A stretch of 58,977 bases of DNA, counting the filler. It is 6 parts of 6 records of this genome, joined end to end, with 100 filler letters (N's around TTAATTAATTAA, not from the genome) between each part and the next. Parts side by side here need not be neighbours in the genome. Positions count along the whole stretch, not along the records: positions 1 to 6,002 come from SRR31156797_30804; positions 6,103 to 13,317 come from SRR31156797_30807; 4 more parts are not named here. One strand, given 5' to 3'. The first letter of the stretch is position 1. Each line of letters begins with the position of its first letter. A model generated the notes under the pieces. That model was not told the DNA's origin. It saw only the letters and a list, made by a program, of their open reading frames with translations, and ran no database searches. Shown here piece after piece: positions 1 to 8,880 of the stretch. Position numbers and translations under genes: made by a program.

Positions 1-258
1 ACCGATGTTTCCTTTACGCATTTGTGTGCGTTGGCGTTCTTTGTAAGTTCCAACTTCGGTGCCATCGAAGTAATAATTACCGCTGCTTGGGTTATCAAGT
101 AATCCGATAATATTCAACAAGGTTGATTTTCCGCAACCCGATGGTCCCATGATGGCAACAAATTCGCCTTTTTTTACATGAATCGATACTTCGTTTAGTG
201 CGAATGTTTCTACTTCCTCTGTACGAAAGACTTTTGTGAGTTTTTCTGTTTTAAGCAT
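1..258 (-). CDS. ABC transporter ATP-binding protein (MacB/LolD-like), 3' part outside window
   Basis: Manual translation from ATG at 258: MLKTEKLTKVFRTEEVETFALNEVSIHVKKGEFVAIMGPSGCGKSTLLNIIGLLDNP, Walker A GPSGCGKST; not in ORF track because it runs off the window. Confidence 0.93.
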   Translation of the reverse strand, partial: MLKTEKLTKVFRTEEVETFALNEVSIHVKKGEFVAIMGPSGCGKSTLLNIIGLLDNPSSGNYYFDGTEVGTYKERQRTQMRKGNIG

Positions 259-272
259 AGTCAAGAATTTTT

Positions 273-421
273 GCTAAGGGCAGAGGGCCAAGGGCTAAGA
301 GTTTATAAAGCCCATATTCCGCTACCATTTGGTTTTATAATATTGATATTTTTTTTATAATCGTAAAGTTAAATTGTTGTTCCAATTCTTTGCCCATCGC
401 GCTCCGTTCTTTGCGCTAAGC
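273..421. repeat. Inverted pair of degenerate 7-bp repeat arrays downstream of the four-helix-bundle gene
   Basis: 273-300 GCTAAGG GCAGAGG GCCAAGG GCTAAGA; 387-421 TCTTTGC CCATCGC GCTCCGT TCTTTGC GCTAAGC (reverse-complement units); 86-nt AT-rich spacer. Confidence 0.7.
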
Positions 422-778
422 CCTCAAAAGTGTTTTTCTAAAATTTGTGATTTTTCTACTTAATGAATCTAAATCGTTTAAAATTTGGTTCAATTTTTCC
501 TGTTCAATGAATTTTCGTTTGAATAACACTAAGGAAATGTTGGCAGTTTCAAAAACTGACCTTCTTGAAATGTTTAAAAAGTTCGCAAAATCTTTATCAG
601 AAAATGACCCCGAGCCTTCTGCAATATTGTTTGAAATACTTAAAGAGGCACTTCTGAGTTGCTCTGCAACCCTGTAACTTTTTGCATCGCTTAACATATC
701 AGCGAGGTCAAAAAGTTGATCATTCAATTCAATTGAATCTTTCCAAATGTCTAAATCCATAAATCGAAAATGTGCCAT
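416..778 (-). CDS. Four helix bundle protein (23S rRNA IVP / bAvd-like family)
   Basis: 120 aa with F.DLDIW, QLRSASLSISNNIAEGSG, F..FLNISRRSVFET motifs typical of the family. Confidence 0.9.
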   Translation of the reverse strand: MAHFRFMDLDIWKDSIELNDQLFDLADMLSDAKSYRVAEQLRSASLSISNNIAEGSGSFSDKDFANFLNISRRSVFETANISLVLFKRKFIEQEKLNQILNDLDSLSRKITNFRKTLLRA

Positions 779-790
779 ACCTTATCATTT

Positions 791-945
791 ACATAGGGAC
801 AAGAGCAAAGTGTAAGGAAAACACACAATGTTTTTTACCCTAATTGGTTAATATTTTAAATTCGTTTATTACTATTTCCTGTTTCAGTTAAATTGTTTCA
901 AACTCTTTACTCTCTGCTCTTCGCCCTCTGCACCATGCCCTCAGC
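791..945. repeat. Inverted pair of degenerate 7-bp repeat arrays upstream of the four-helix-bundle gene
   Basis: 791-818 ACATAGG GACAAGA GCAAAGT GTAAGGA; 904-945 TCTTTAC TCTCTGC TCTTCGC CCTCTGC ACCATGC CCTCAGC; 85-nt spacer. Confidence 0.65.
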
Positions 946-2197
946 GCAGAATTAGCCGGTCATTATCGCCAAATAAATCGTAACCTGAAGTTATTACTTT
1001 TTCGCCGGATTGAAGACCTTCCAGAATTTCGTAATACCTAGGATTTTTACGTCCAATTCTAATTTCGCGTTTGGTCGCAAAATCGCCCGAAGGATCGACA
1101 ACATAAATCCATTGACCGCCGGTGCTGTTAAAAAATCCACCCAGACTCACCAGCAACGACTGTTCGGGTTGCCCCAGTTGCAGGTTAATGTAATAGGTTT
1201 GACCGGTTCTTATGTTTTCAGGCCGTTCATCAGTAAAGACGAGGTCAATCTGAAATTGTGAATTTCGTACCTCAGGATATACTTTTTTTACCCTTAAATT
1301 GAAAAGGCTGTTTTGTCGTTCAAAAGTAGCGCTTAACCCAGACCGAACGCGGTCGATATAATGCTCATCAATCAGGGCTTCAATTTTATAATCGGTTAAA
1401 ACATTTATTTGCCCTATACGCGATCCGCGGCCAATACTTTGGCCTATTTCTGCATCAAGCAATCCGAGTTGCCCGTCGACCGGCGATTTTACATTCAGGT
1501 TATCCAATCGCTCATAAACCAGATCGAGGGTTTGCTGCATTTTCCCTAAATCCTGTTCCAGCTGAATCATTTCTGTCGCCATAATCATTGAGTCGTTTTC
1601 AGCTTTCAATTTATTAATTTCCTGCATTTGCTTAGCATAATCGAAATCTTCTTCTGCTTGCAAATAGTTTTCTTTTGAAACTAATTCATCTTCATACAGC
1701 GCTTTTTGTTGTTCGAAATTCCGTTTCTTTTTAATTAGACCGAATTCGGAATCAAGCAACGATCTTTTTGATTCTATTCTTGCAGTTTCGAAACTTATCC
1801 GGGTTTGGCGCAACATATTTTGTTTTTGTGCCAGGTTCGATTCGCTGTTCATAATCTCCTGATACAACTGCCTGTTTTCCAGAATTAATATTACATCGTC
1901 TTTTTTCAAATCTGAACCTTCTTCAATAATCAGTTCTTTTACCTGGCCACCTTCCTGGGCATCGAGATAAATGGTTGAAATGGGCTCAACTGTTCCGTTG
2001 GTACGAATAAAATCATCGAAATTGCCTTGTTCGACTTCTTCAATGGTTATTTTTTCGGCATCCACTTTTAATGAAGTGACGTTAGAATCTTTAATAATTT
2101 TTACCAGTAAAAACACAAATACAATGGCGGCAACCGCGTATATAATATGTTTTGGCCGGATGCCTTTTTTCTTGTCTATTTTTCTGTCCATTCCCAT
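941..2197 (-). CDS. Efflux periplasmic adaptor (membrane fusion protein, HlyD/MacA-like)
   Basis: N-terminal TM anchor, lipoyl-like halves (LDAQEGGQV; VKSPVDGQL), coiled coil, C-terminal YEILEGLQSGEKVITSGY. Confidence 0.92.
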   Translation of the reverse strand: MGMDRKIDKKKGIRPKHIIYAVAAIVFVFLLVKIIKDSNVTSLKVDAEKITIEEVEQGNFDDFIRTNGTVEPISTIYLDAQEGGQVKELIIEEGSDLKKDDVILILENRQLYQEIMNSESNLAQKQNMLRQTRISFETARIESKRSLLDSEFGLIKKKRNFEQQKALYEDELVSKENYLQAEEDFDYAKQMQEINKLKAENDSMIMATEMIQLEQDLGKMQQTLDLVYERLDNLNVKSPVDGQLGLLDAEIGQSIGRGSRIGQINVLTDYKIEALIDEHYIDRVRSGLSATFERQNSLFNLRVKKVYPEVRNSQFQIDLVFTDERPENIRTGQTYYINLQLGQPEQSLLVSLGGFFNSTGGQWIYVVDPSGDFATKREIRIGRKNPRYYEILEGLQSGEKVITSGYDLFGDNDRLILR

Positions 2198-2237
2198 AGT
2201 AGCAACTTTTTATATCAGGTAATTATTTTTTAATTAT

Positions 2238-3575
2238 TTAATTCAGAAATTTAAAAACAGGTTCTCCCATATAAAAACCAATGGTTTTCTTTTTTATGGT
2301 ATACTGAAGTTTTGTGCGCAACAGGTCGCTTTTTGCCTGTGCCAATATGTTTTTCGAATCGTAAAGTTCAATTGTATTTATAAGTCCTTGCGCCATTTTC
2401 TTTTCGGCAGCATTGAATGCAACAGCAGCAAAATCGACTTGTTTTACCAGCTGTACGTATTCAGCCTCAAAAGATTCCAGTTCCTGGTAGTTTTGAGTGA
2501 TTTCGTTATATAGTTTTTGCGATGTTTTCTTAAAAACAGTTTCAACCTGTAAGATATTCAGTTTCGCTTTTTTCACTTCTGAACGTAATCCAAATCGTTC
2601 AAAAAGAGGAATGTTTAGTGAAAGGCCAACATACTGATAAGCATTGTTTTTAAACTGGTCGCTGAAAGAAATAGTATTGTCGTTATTTTTTAAAGCGGCA
2701 TAATTGGTTGCAGTTCCTGCTCCCATCGATAAACGGGGCCAAAGATTACCTTTTGTAATGGAAAGATCTTTTTCGGCAGCCGATTTTCTAATTTCACCAG
2801 CTTTAATAGCCGGGTAAAAATTTAGTGCTGCTGAATATATTTCTGACGTACTTTTATTTGCTGGTGAAACGATTGTTTCCGGGGCCGAAACATCAATCGA
2901 AAATTCTTCTTCAGGAAAAATATTCATAGCCTGTTGAAGGGTTAGTAACGATGTTTTGTAATAATTTTGTGTTTGAATTAAAATCAGTTCTTCTTTTGCC
3001 AGCCTCGACTCCAATTCCAATAAATCAGATTTTGCTTTTAATCCCAAATCGGCTTGTTTTTGTGCCTGTTTAAGGGTTAACACCGATAACTCTTTTTGTT
3101 CACGTACAATTTCAATTAATCCGTAAAAATAAACGGTATTGTAATATGCCTCCATTACGTTAAAAGCAATATCAAATTTTAGCTGTTTTTCATCCTCAAT
3201 ACCAGCCAGATAATTCAATTTTTGGTATGAAATGGTGTTTTGTTTTGTAAAGCCCCTAAACAAATCAATTCCTGCTGATACATTAAAATTAGTATAAAAC
3301 TGAGTTGTATTTACATATTCATATGAAGTATAATCCAGTGAGCGGCCATACGAATTGCTGGCATCGGAGCCTAAAGATACATAGGGTAAAAGATTTCGTT
3401 TCGACTGGTTAAAATTCTCTTTATTGATTTGATTCCGGATATTTGTACTTTTTATATCCAGGTTATTTGAAACTGCATATTGAACGCATTCTTCCAATGT
3501 CCATATTTTTTGTCCATATGAATGAAAACCGGCGAATAAAAATAAACTAACTAATATTATAAAATTGTTCTTCAT
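2238..3575 (-). CDS. TolC family outer membrane efflux protein
   Basis: Signal peptide, WTLEECVQYAVSNN start, two OEP repeats; first gene of the MFP/ABC operon. Confidence 0.92.
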   Translation of the reverse strand: MKNNFIILVSLFLFAGFHSYGQKIWTLEECVQYAVSNNLDIKSTNIRNQINKENFNQSKRNLLPYVSLGSDASNSYGRSLDYTSYEYVNTTQFYTNFNVSAGIDLFRGFTKQNTISYQKLNYLAGIEDEKQLKFDIAFNVMEAYYNTVYFYGLIEIVREQKELSVLTLKQAQKQADLGLKAKSDLLELESRLAKEELILIQTQNYYKTSLLTLQQAMNIFPEEEFSIDVSAPETIVSPANKSTSEIYSAALNFYPAIKAGEIRKSAAEKDLSITKGNLWPRLSMGAGTATNYAALKNNDNTISFSDQFKNNAYQYVGLSLNIPLFERFGLRSEVKKAKLNILQVETVFKKTSQKLYNEITQNYQELESFEAEYVQLVKQVDFAAVAFNAAEKKMAQGLINTIELYDSKNILAQAKSDLLRTKLQYTIKKKTIGFYMGEPVFKFLN

Positions 3576-3606
3576 GTCGTAAAATTGAATCTATCGTGAT
3601 TTTAAA

Positions 3607-3622
3607 TGCCAAAAAAATGCCA
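3607..3622 (-). promoter_or_regulatory. Putative sigma-54 (-24/-12) promoter of the TolC-MFP-ABC operon
   Basis: Minus strand TGGCATTTTTTTGGCA = GG-N10-GC, 31 nt upstream of the TolC ATG; divergent gene is a sigma-54 activator. Confidence 0.65.
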
Positions 3623-3686
3623 CATATTTTATGTTGTTGAAATACAGTTATGTAGGCTGTGAGATTTGTTGGTGTTTGGATAACAG

Positions 3687-3725
3687 TGTAAAAAAAATGG
3701 ACAAAAAGTGTAAAATATTTATACA
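3687..3725. promoter_or_regulatory. Two tandem TGT-N11-ACA sites, putative enhancer for the NtrC-type activator
   Basis: TGTAAAAAAAATGGACA (3687-3703) and TGTAAAATATTTATACA (3709-3725), 22 bp apart, upstream of the sigma-54 motif. Confidence 0.55.
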
Positions 3726-3959
3726 CTCTGTTTGTTTTGGTTTTTTGGAAACGTAAATTTGATAGAACTGGAACAAATATAAAATCGGGTAAGTACCTTA
3801 TAAATCGCGGTTTATACATAATTAAGGCATCGTTTGCATTCACCAATATAAAACAGGCATAAATTATGGTGAACTATAAAGTATATTTTTGGTGAAATTC
3901 TGGTAAACAAATAAAGAACCAATTAAAACAGATTTTAATTGCTTCCAAATTAAAGAGAA

Positions 3960-5324
3960 ATGACGAAAGGAAAATTACTCATAGTTGACGATAATAAAAG
4001 CATTTTAAGTGCGCTTGAGATACTTTTACAAGACGATTTTGAGGAGATAAAAACCATTGCCAATCCAAATCAACTTCCATCGTTAATAGAAACAGGAGAT
4101 TACGATCTGGTTTTACTCGATATGAATTTTTCGGCAGGTGTAAATACCGGAAACGAAGGTTTGTACTGGCTTTCCAGGATTCAGGAAATCCGCACAGATA
4201 TGGAGGTTGTACTTTTTACCGCATATGGCGATGTGGAACTGGCAGTAAAAGCGTTAAAAAAAGGGGCATCCGATTTTATTCTGAAACCCTGGGATAATGA
4301 GAAACTCAGAACAACACTGCGAAATGTTTATAAGCTGCAACAGTCGAAAAAAGAAATAAAGAAACTGCGGAGAAAAGAAAGTGCATTAAAAAGTGAAATA
4401 AATAAAGAGAAGCATTTTATTATTGCTCAATCGCCACAAATGCTGCAACTGCTAAACCTGGTTAGAAAGGTGGCAAAAACAGACGCCAATGTTTTAATTA
4501 CCGGCGATAGTGGAACAGGGAAAGAATTAATTGCAAAAGAATTACATCGCCACTCAAAAAGAGCCGGAGAGATTATGGTGAATGTAGATATGGGAGCAAT
4601 TAGCGAAACCCTTTTTGAAAGTGAATTATTTGGTCATAAAAAAGGATCGTTTACCGATGCCCGGGAAGATCGGACCGGGAAAATAGAAAATGCCAGTGGT
4701 GGCACGCTTTTTTTGGATGAGATTGGAAATTTACCGGTTCATCTTCAGCCAAAACTTTTGTCGGCATTGCAGAACAGGGCAGTAACACCTATTGGCAGCA
4801 ACAAACCTCTTCCCGTTAATGTGAGGCTCGTTTGTGCAACCAATCAAAATCTTAATGAAATGGTGTCAGAAGGAACTTTTCGTGAAGATTTGTTATATCG
4901 CATAAATACCATTCAAATTGAGATTCCTCCATTGCGCGAACGCGAGGAAGACATTATAGCAATTGCAGAATATTTTCTGAAAATATATTGTAATAAATAC
5001 AGAAAATCATGTCGTTCCATCTCAGAGGCCGGATTATCTAAACTTGCAGGTTACCGGTGGCCGGGAAATGTAAGAGAATTGCAGCATACCATAGAAAAAG
5101 CAGTCATTCTTTCTGATAAAGATACACTTTCACCCAGCGATTTCTTTTTTAAACCGGTTATTCAGGAAAACGATGAACTTTTTGAAGGAACCATCGAGGA
5201 GATGGAAAAAAGAATGATTTCTAAAGTCCTGTTGAAAAGTAGCTCAAATTTATCGGCGGCTGCCGAAAAGCTCGGGATAACAAGGCAAACATTATACAAT
5301 AAAATGAAAAAATATAATCTGTAA
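3960..5324 (+). CDS. Sigma-54-dependent response regulator (NtrC/AtoC family)
   Basis: Receiver (LIVDD, LLDMNF, KPW), AAA+ (GDSGTGKE, GSFTDA, LFLDEIG, WPGNVRELQH), Fis HTH (AAEKLGITRQTLY). Confidence 0.95.
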   Translation: MTKGKLLIVDDNKSILSALEILLQDDFEEIKTIANPNQLPSLIETGDYDLVLLDMNFSAGVNTGNEGLYWLSRIQEIRTDMEVVLFTAYGDVELAVKALKKGASDFILKPWDNEKLRTTLRNVYKLQQSKKEIKKLRRKESALKSEINKEKHFIIAQSPQMLQLLNLVRKVAKTDANVLITGDSGTGKELIAKELHRHSKRAGEIMVNVDMGAISETLFESELFGHKKGSFTDAREDRTGKIENASGGTLFLDEIGNLPVHLQPKLLSALQNRAVTPIGSNKPLPVNVRLVCATNQNLNEMVSEGTFREDLLYRINTIQIEIPPLREREEDIIAIAEYFLKIYCNKYRKSCRSISEAGLSKLAGYRWPGNVRELQHTIEKAVILSDKDTLSPSDFFFKPVIQENDELFEGTIEEMEKRMISKVLLKSSSNLSAAAEKLGITRQTLYNKMKKYNL

Positions 5325-6002
5325 ATGGTAAGCCAGAGATTAAATAGGAATATTATTTTCAGAATTTGTTTTTTGGCTGTTTCTGCTTTAGTAATAGGTT
5401 GGCTTACTTTCGACCTGAAAGTGTATATTCTGACTGGATTTGTTGCATTAGTGTTTGTAATTCAGACCATCGAAATTATTTATTTCTTAAACCGGACTAA
5501 TCGTAAAATTGCATACTTTTTTGATGCGGTAAGAAACGATGATTCAACATTGAATTTCCCTGAAAATGCAGGAAACAAGTCGCTGAGTGAATTGAATACA
5601 AGTTTAAACAATGTAAATGAACTAATTAAAAATATAAAGTTTGAATTGCAGGAACAGGAACAATATTTTAAAGCCATTCTTGAACATGTTTCTACGGGAA
5701 TTATAACATATAACGAAAAGGGCATTATTTATCTGGCAAATTCGGCGGCAAAAAATCTGCTTAACTACGAACATTTAACCCATGTAAATCAAATAATAAG
5801 AATCGATAAGAAACTATTTTCCGCATTAAAAGAGTTACAACCCGGCGATATGAAACTGGTGAGTTTTAATAGTGCAAATGGAATAATACAGCTTTCATTA
5901 AAATCTACGCTTTTTAAAACCACAAACGAAAGCTTTCAGTTGGTTACTCTGCAGGACATAAAAAACGAACTGGAAACCAAAGAGTTGGAGTCGTGGATTA
6001 AA
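5325..6002 (+). CDS. Sensor histidine kinase with PAS domain (NtrY-like), truncated at contig end
   Basis: Two N-terminal TM helices, PAS (GIITYNEKG...NSAA), ends at ELESWIK just before the H-box; abuts the response regulator. Confidence 0.85.
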
Positions 6003-6102
6003 NNNNNNNNNNNNNNNNNNNNNNNNNNNNNNNNNNNNNNNNNNNNTTAATTAATTAANNNNNNNNNNNNNNNNNNNNNNNNNNNNNNNNNNNNNNNNNN
6101 NN
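6003..6102. other. Artificial contig spacer
   Basis: N44-TTAATTAATTAA-N44 (stops in all frames). Confidence 0.98.
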
Positions 6103-6795
6103 CTCGTCAAAGGTTGAACTGATCACCTCGGCATCGACGGACCGGGCCATATCGGTTACTTCCTCCGGTCGTTCATCAATGAGCAACACGATTTTGTGGA
6201 TGGACTTATCATTGTTGGTGACACTGTTGGCGATATTTTGAAGGAGCATGGTCTTTCCGGTTCGGGGCGGCGCCACAATTAACCCTCGCTGGCCTTTTCC
6301 GATGGGGGTCATGAGGTCCATGACCCGTGTGGAGTAATTGTCCGCCTCAACCTCCATCTTAATCCTTTCATCAGGGTAAAGGGGCGTTAGATTGTCAAAA
6401 AGGATTTTTTCCCTGGCGATTTCGGGATCTTCATGGTTGACCTTTTCCACCTTTAACAAGGCGAAATAACGCTCGGATTCCTTTGGTGGGCGGATCTGTC
6501 CCGAGATGGTGTCCCCTTTTCTCAGGTTAAACCGACGGATCTGAGAGGGCGAAATATAAATATCATCGGGTCCGGGCAGGTAATTGGCGTCCGGAGCTCT
6601 CAGGAAACCAAACCCGTCCGGAAGGATTTCCAGTACCCCTTCGCCGTATATGAGGCCGTTTCGTGCTGAATGGGCCTGGAGCAAGGAGAAAGTGAGTTCC
6701 TGCTTGCGCATTCCAGAGGCGCCTTCAATCTTAAACTCCTTTGCCATTTCAGTTAATTCACTGATTTTCATTGTTTTTAGCTCTACAAGATTCAT
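6103..6795 (-). CDS. rho: Transcription termination factor Rho, 3' truncated
   Basis: MNLVELK start, [48 protein letters not shown] upstream of ATG 6795. Confidence 0.97.
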
Positions 6796-7167
6796 GATCA
6801 ATCTCCATTCATAAGTTTTGTGATCTCTAAGTTTAGGTAATTACGGAATGACTATAAATTTGAAGAAAGTGGAAAGGTTATTTTCCCCTTATATCTCTGA
6901 TATCAAATTTGGATAAGTTCGTGTGTTTCTGTTTCCATGCGTACAACAAAGGTCAACATCGCAGACCAGCTGCAAAACAACCGCTAAAATATATCACGGC
7001 AACCTTTTTGTGCCGCAAAATGAACCTTAAGTCCCCTGTTATGTGAGTTATTGAAGGTTTCTCAGCAGAATAGTAATGGAGTTTACTCGAACGACCGGTC
7101 TGTACCGAATCTCCCAAAGAAAGGAATTAGTTTATGTATAGGCCTATAGCGCATTTTTCACGTCATG

Positions 7168-8172
7168 TCAAGCATTTGTTTGTGGTGGCGCAATATTAAT
7201 GTCCAAGGCGCTGAGAACCCGGTTCATATCTTCAGGAAAAGGCGATTCGAATTCCATAAAAATCTTTTCCCGTGGGTGAACAAAGCCGATACGCGCGGCG
7301 TGTAGCATTTGCCTTTTTACGGCGGATACCAGCGCGGGGTTTTGTTTCAGAAAGCGTCTCTTCAAGGTATCGAGTCCATGGCCATAAACCGTATCCCCCA
7401 CCAGGGGGTGCCCCAGATGGGAGAAATGAACGCGAATCTGATGGGTTCTACCCGTCTTGATGGTAATGGACAAAAGGGAAAACCCCTCTTTACAATCAGC
7501 AATTTTTTCCCATAGGGTCAGAGCATTTCGACCGCCAACCGTTGAGACCGCCATCTTTTTTCGACGGACGGGATGCCGGGAAATGGGAAGGTCAATCCGG
7601 CCGCTTTCTTGGGAAGGGATGCCATGGATCAGGGCAATATATTCCTTTTTGATGGTTCCGTTTTTGAATTGCCGCGAAAGAACCTGATGGGCCATATCGC
7701 TTTTTGCCACCAGCATGAGCCCGGAAGTATCTTTATCGAGCCGGTGAACAATGCCGGGCCGGAGTTTTCCGCCAATGCCCGAAAGATCCTTGCAATATTT
7801 CAAAAGGCCGTGAACCAGGGTGCCCGATGAATGTCCGGGAGCCGGGTGAACGACAATGCCGGGCGGTTTATAGAGAACGATGATCCAGGGATCCTCAAAA
7901 ATAACGGAAAATGGGACTTCCTCGGGAACAAGTTCCAGAGGGGATGGCCTGGGAACCATGAGGCAAACCTGATCCCCGGTTTTCAGTTGATAGCTCGGTT
8001 TTGTTGGGATCCCATTGACCTGAACCGAATTGTTTCGAATCAAATCCTGTATTCTCGAACGGGACAACGTTGAATGGTTCCGGGAAAGAAACAGGTCCAG
8101 TCGGATACCGTGAGCGCCGTCAGGAATCGTATGGGAAAAAACACTGTCACGGGTATTATTGTTCACTGTCAA
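7168..8172 (-). CDS. rluD: RluA/RluD family 23S rRNA pseudouridine synthase
   Basis: S4 domain, KPPGIVVHP, RPGIVHRLDKDTSG, TGRTHQIRVH; start codon uncertain. Confidence 0.92.
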   Translation of the reverse strand: MTVNNNTRDSVFSHTIPDGAHGIRLDLFLSRNHSTLSRSRIQDLIRNNSVQVNGIPTKPSYQLKTGDQVCLMVPRPSPLELVPEEVPFSVIFEDPWIIVLYKPPGIVVHPAPGHSSGTLVHGLLKYCKDLSGIGGKLRPGIVHRLDKDTSGLMLVAKSDMAHQVLSRQFKNGTIKKEYIALIHGIPSQESGRIDLPISRHPVRRKKMAVSTVGGRNALTLWEKIADCKEGFSLLSITIKTGRTHQIRVHFSHLGHPLVGDTVYGHGLDTLKRRFLKQNPALVSAVKRQMLHAARIGFVHPREKIFMEFESPFPEDMNRVLSALDINIAPPQTNA

Positions 8173-8244
8173 TTTGATGCGGATAATGCGAAAGCGATGG
8201 CGATAAAAAGGATATTTCAGGTGGATCAGCGTGACGCGATGGTG

Positions 8245-8724
8245 TCAGGAAAAAATGAGGTCCAGATCGCTTTCAACTTGAGACTCTGTGATCTCTTTTG
8301 CCAGGGAAATTTCTTTAACCAGCAGCGTTCGGGCGGTGTCGAGCATTTTCCGTTCGCCGAAAGAAAGTTCTTTATCAAACCTTAAAATCAACAGGTCACG
8401 ATAAACTTCGGCTACTTCAAAAACCGACCCGGTTTTGATTTTTTCCATATAATCCCGGTAACGGCGATTCCAGGTCTGGCTGTCAAGTATGACGTCTCGT
8501 TTTTTGAGTATGGAAAATAGTTTGGGAAGTTCCGCTTTGGCAATAATATCCCTCAGCCCCACATGATCCACATTGGTGGTCGGAATCATGATAATCATGT
8601 TGTTGTCGAGGATGCGCATGACATAGAAATCCTGCCGGCATCCCGAAATTTCCTGGGATTCGATTTTTTCAATAACGCCGACGCCATGGGCGGGGTATAC
8701 GGCCAGATCACCTACTTGGAACAT
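8245..8724 (-). CDS. carD: CarD/CdnL family RNAP-binding regulator
   Basis: FQVGDLAVYPAHGVGVI, WNRRYR, LSFGERKML. Confidence 0.95.
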   Translation of the reverse strand: MFQVGDLAVYPAHGVGVIEKIESQEISGCRQDFYVMRILDNNMIIMIPTTNVDHVGLRDIIAKAELPKLFSILKKRDVILDSQTWNRRYRDYMEKIKTGSVFEVAEVYRDLLILRFDKELSFGERKMLDTARTLLVKEISLAKEITESQVESDLDLIFS

Positions 8725-8791
8725 CTAAGCCTCCGTTTACAAACTGTCTCCGGTTTCTGAAAATCAGGGACAAACCTAAATATACGCAATG

Positions 8792-8858
8792 AACCCATTG
8801 CCGCAACCGCTCGGAAGAAACAACATGCTTCCGGCCGAGGGCAGCGGACAATGGGGTT
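8792..8858. terminator. Long imperfect hairpin between hppA and carD
   Basis: AACCCATTGCCGC...GCGGACAATGGGGTT; weak U-tract, may be a stabiliser rather than a terminator. Confidence 0.35.
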
Positions 8859-8880
8859 GTTGTTAACGGCTATGTTTCTC

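Noticed and set aside
273-945. Heptamer arrays considered as CRISPR or as DGR template/variable repeats
   Set aside because: Units are 7 bp and degenerate with no spacers; no cas or reverse transcriptase gene in the contig
3547-3846. 99-aa ORF upstream of tolC
   Set aside because: Overlaps the promoter/enhancer region and tolC start; no family features
6003-6102. Repeated TTAATTAATTAA palindrome within N runs (also 13318, 31798, 38662, 52268)
   Set aside because: Identical 100-bp artificial linkers; genes on either side are from different contigs, so no cross-linker synteny was interpreted
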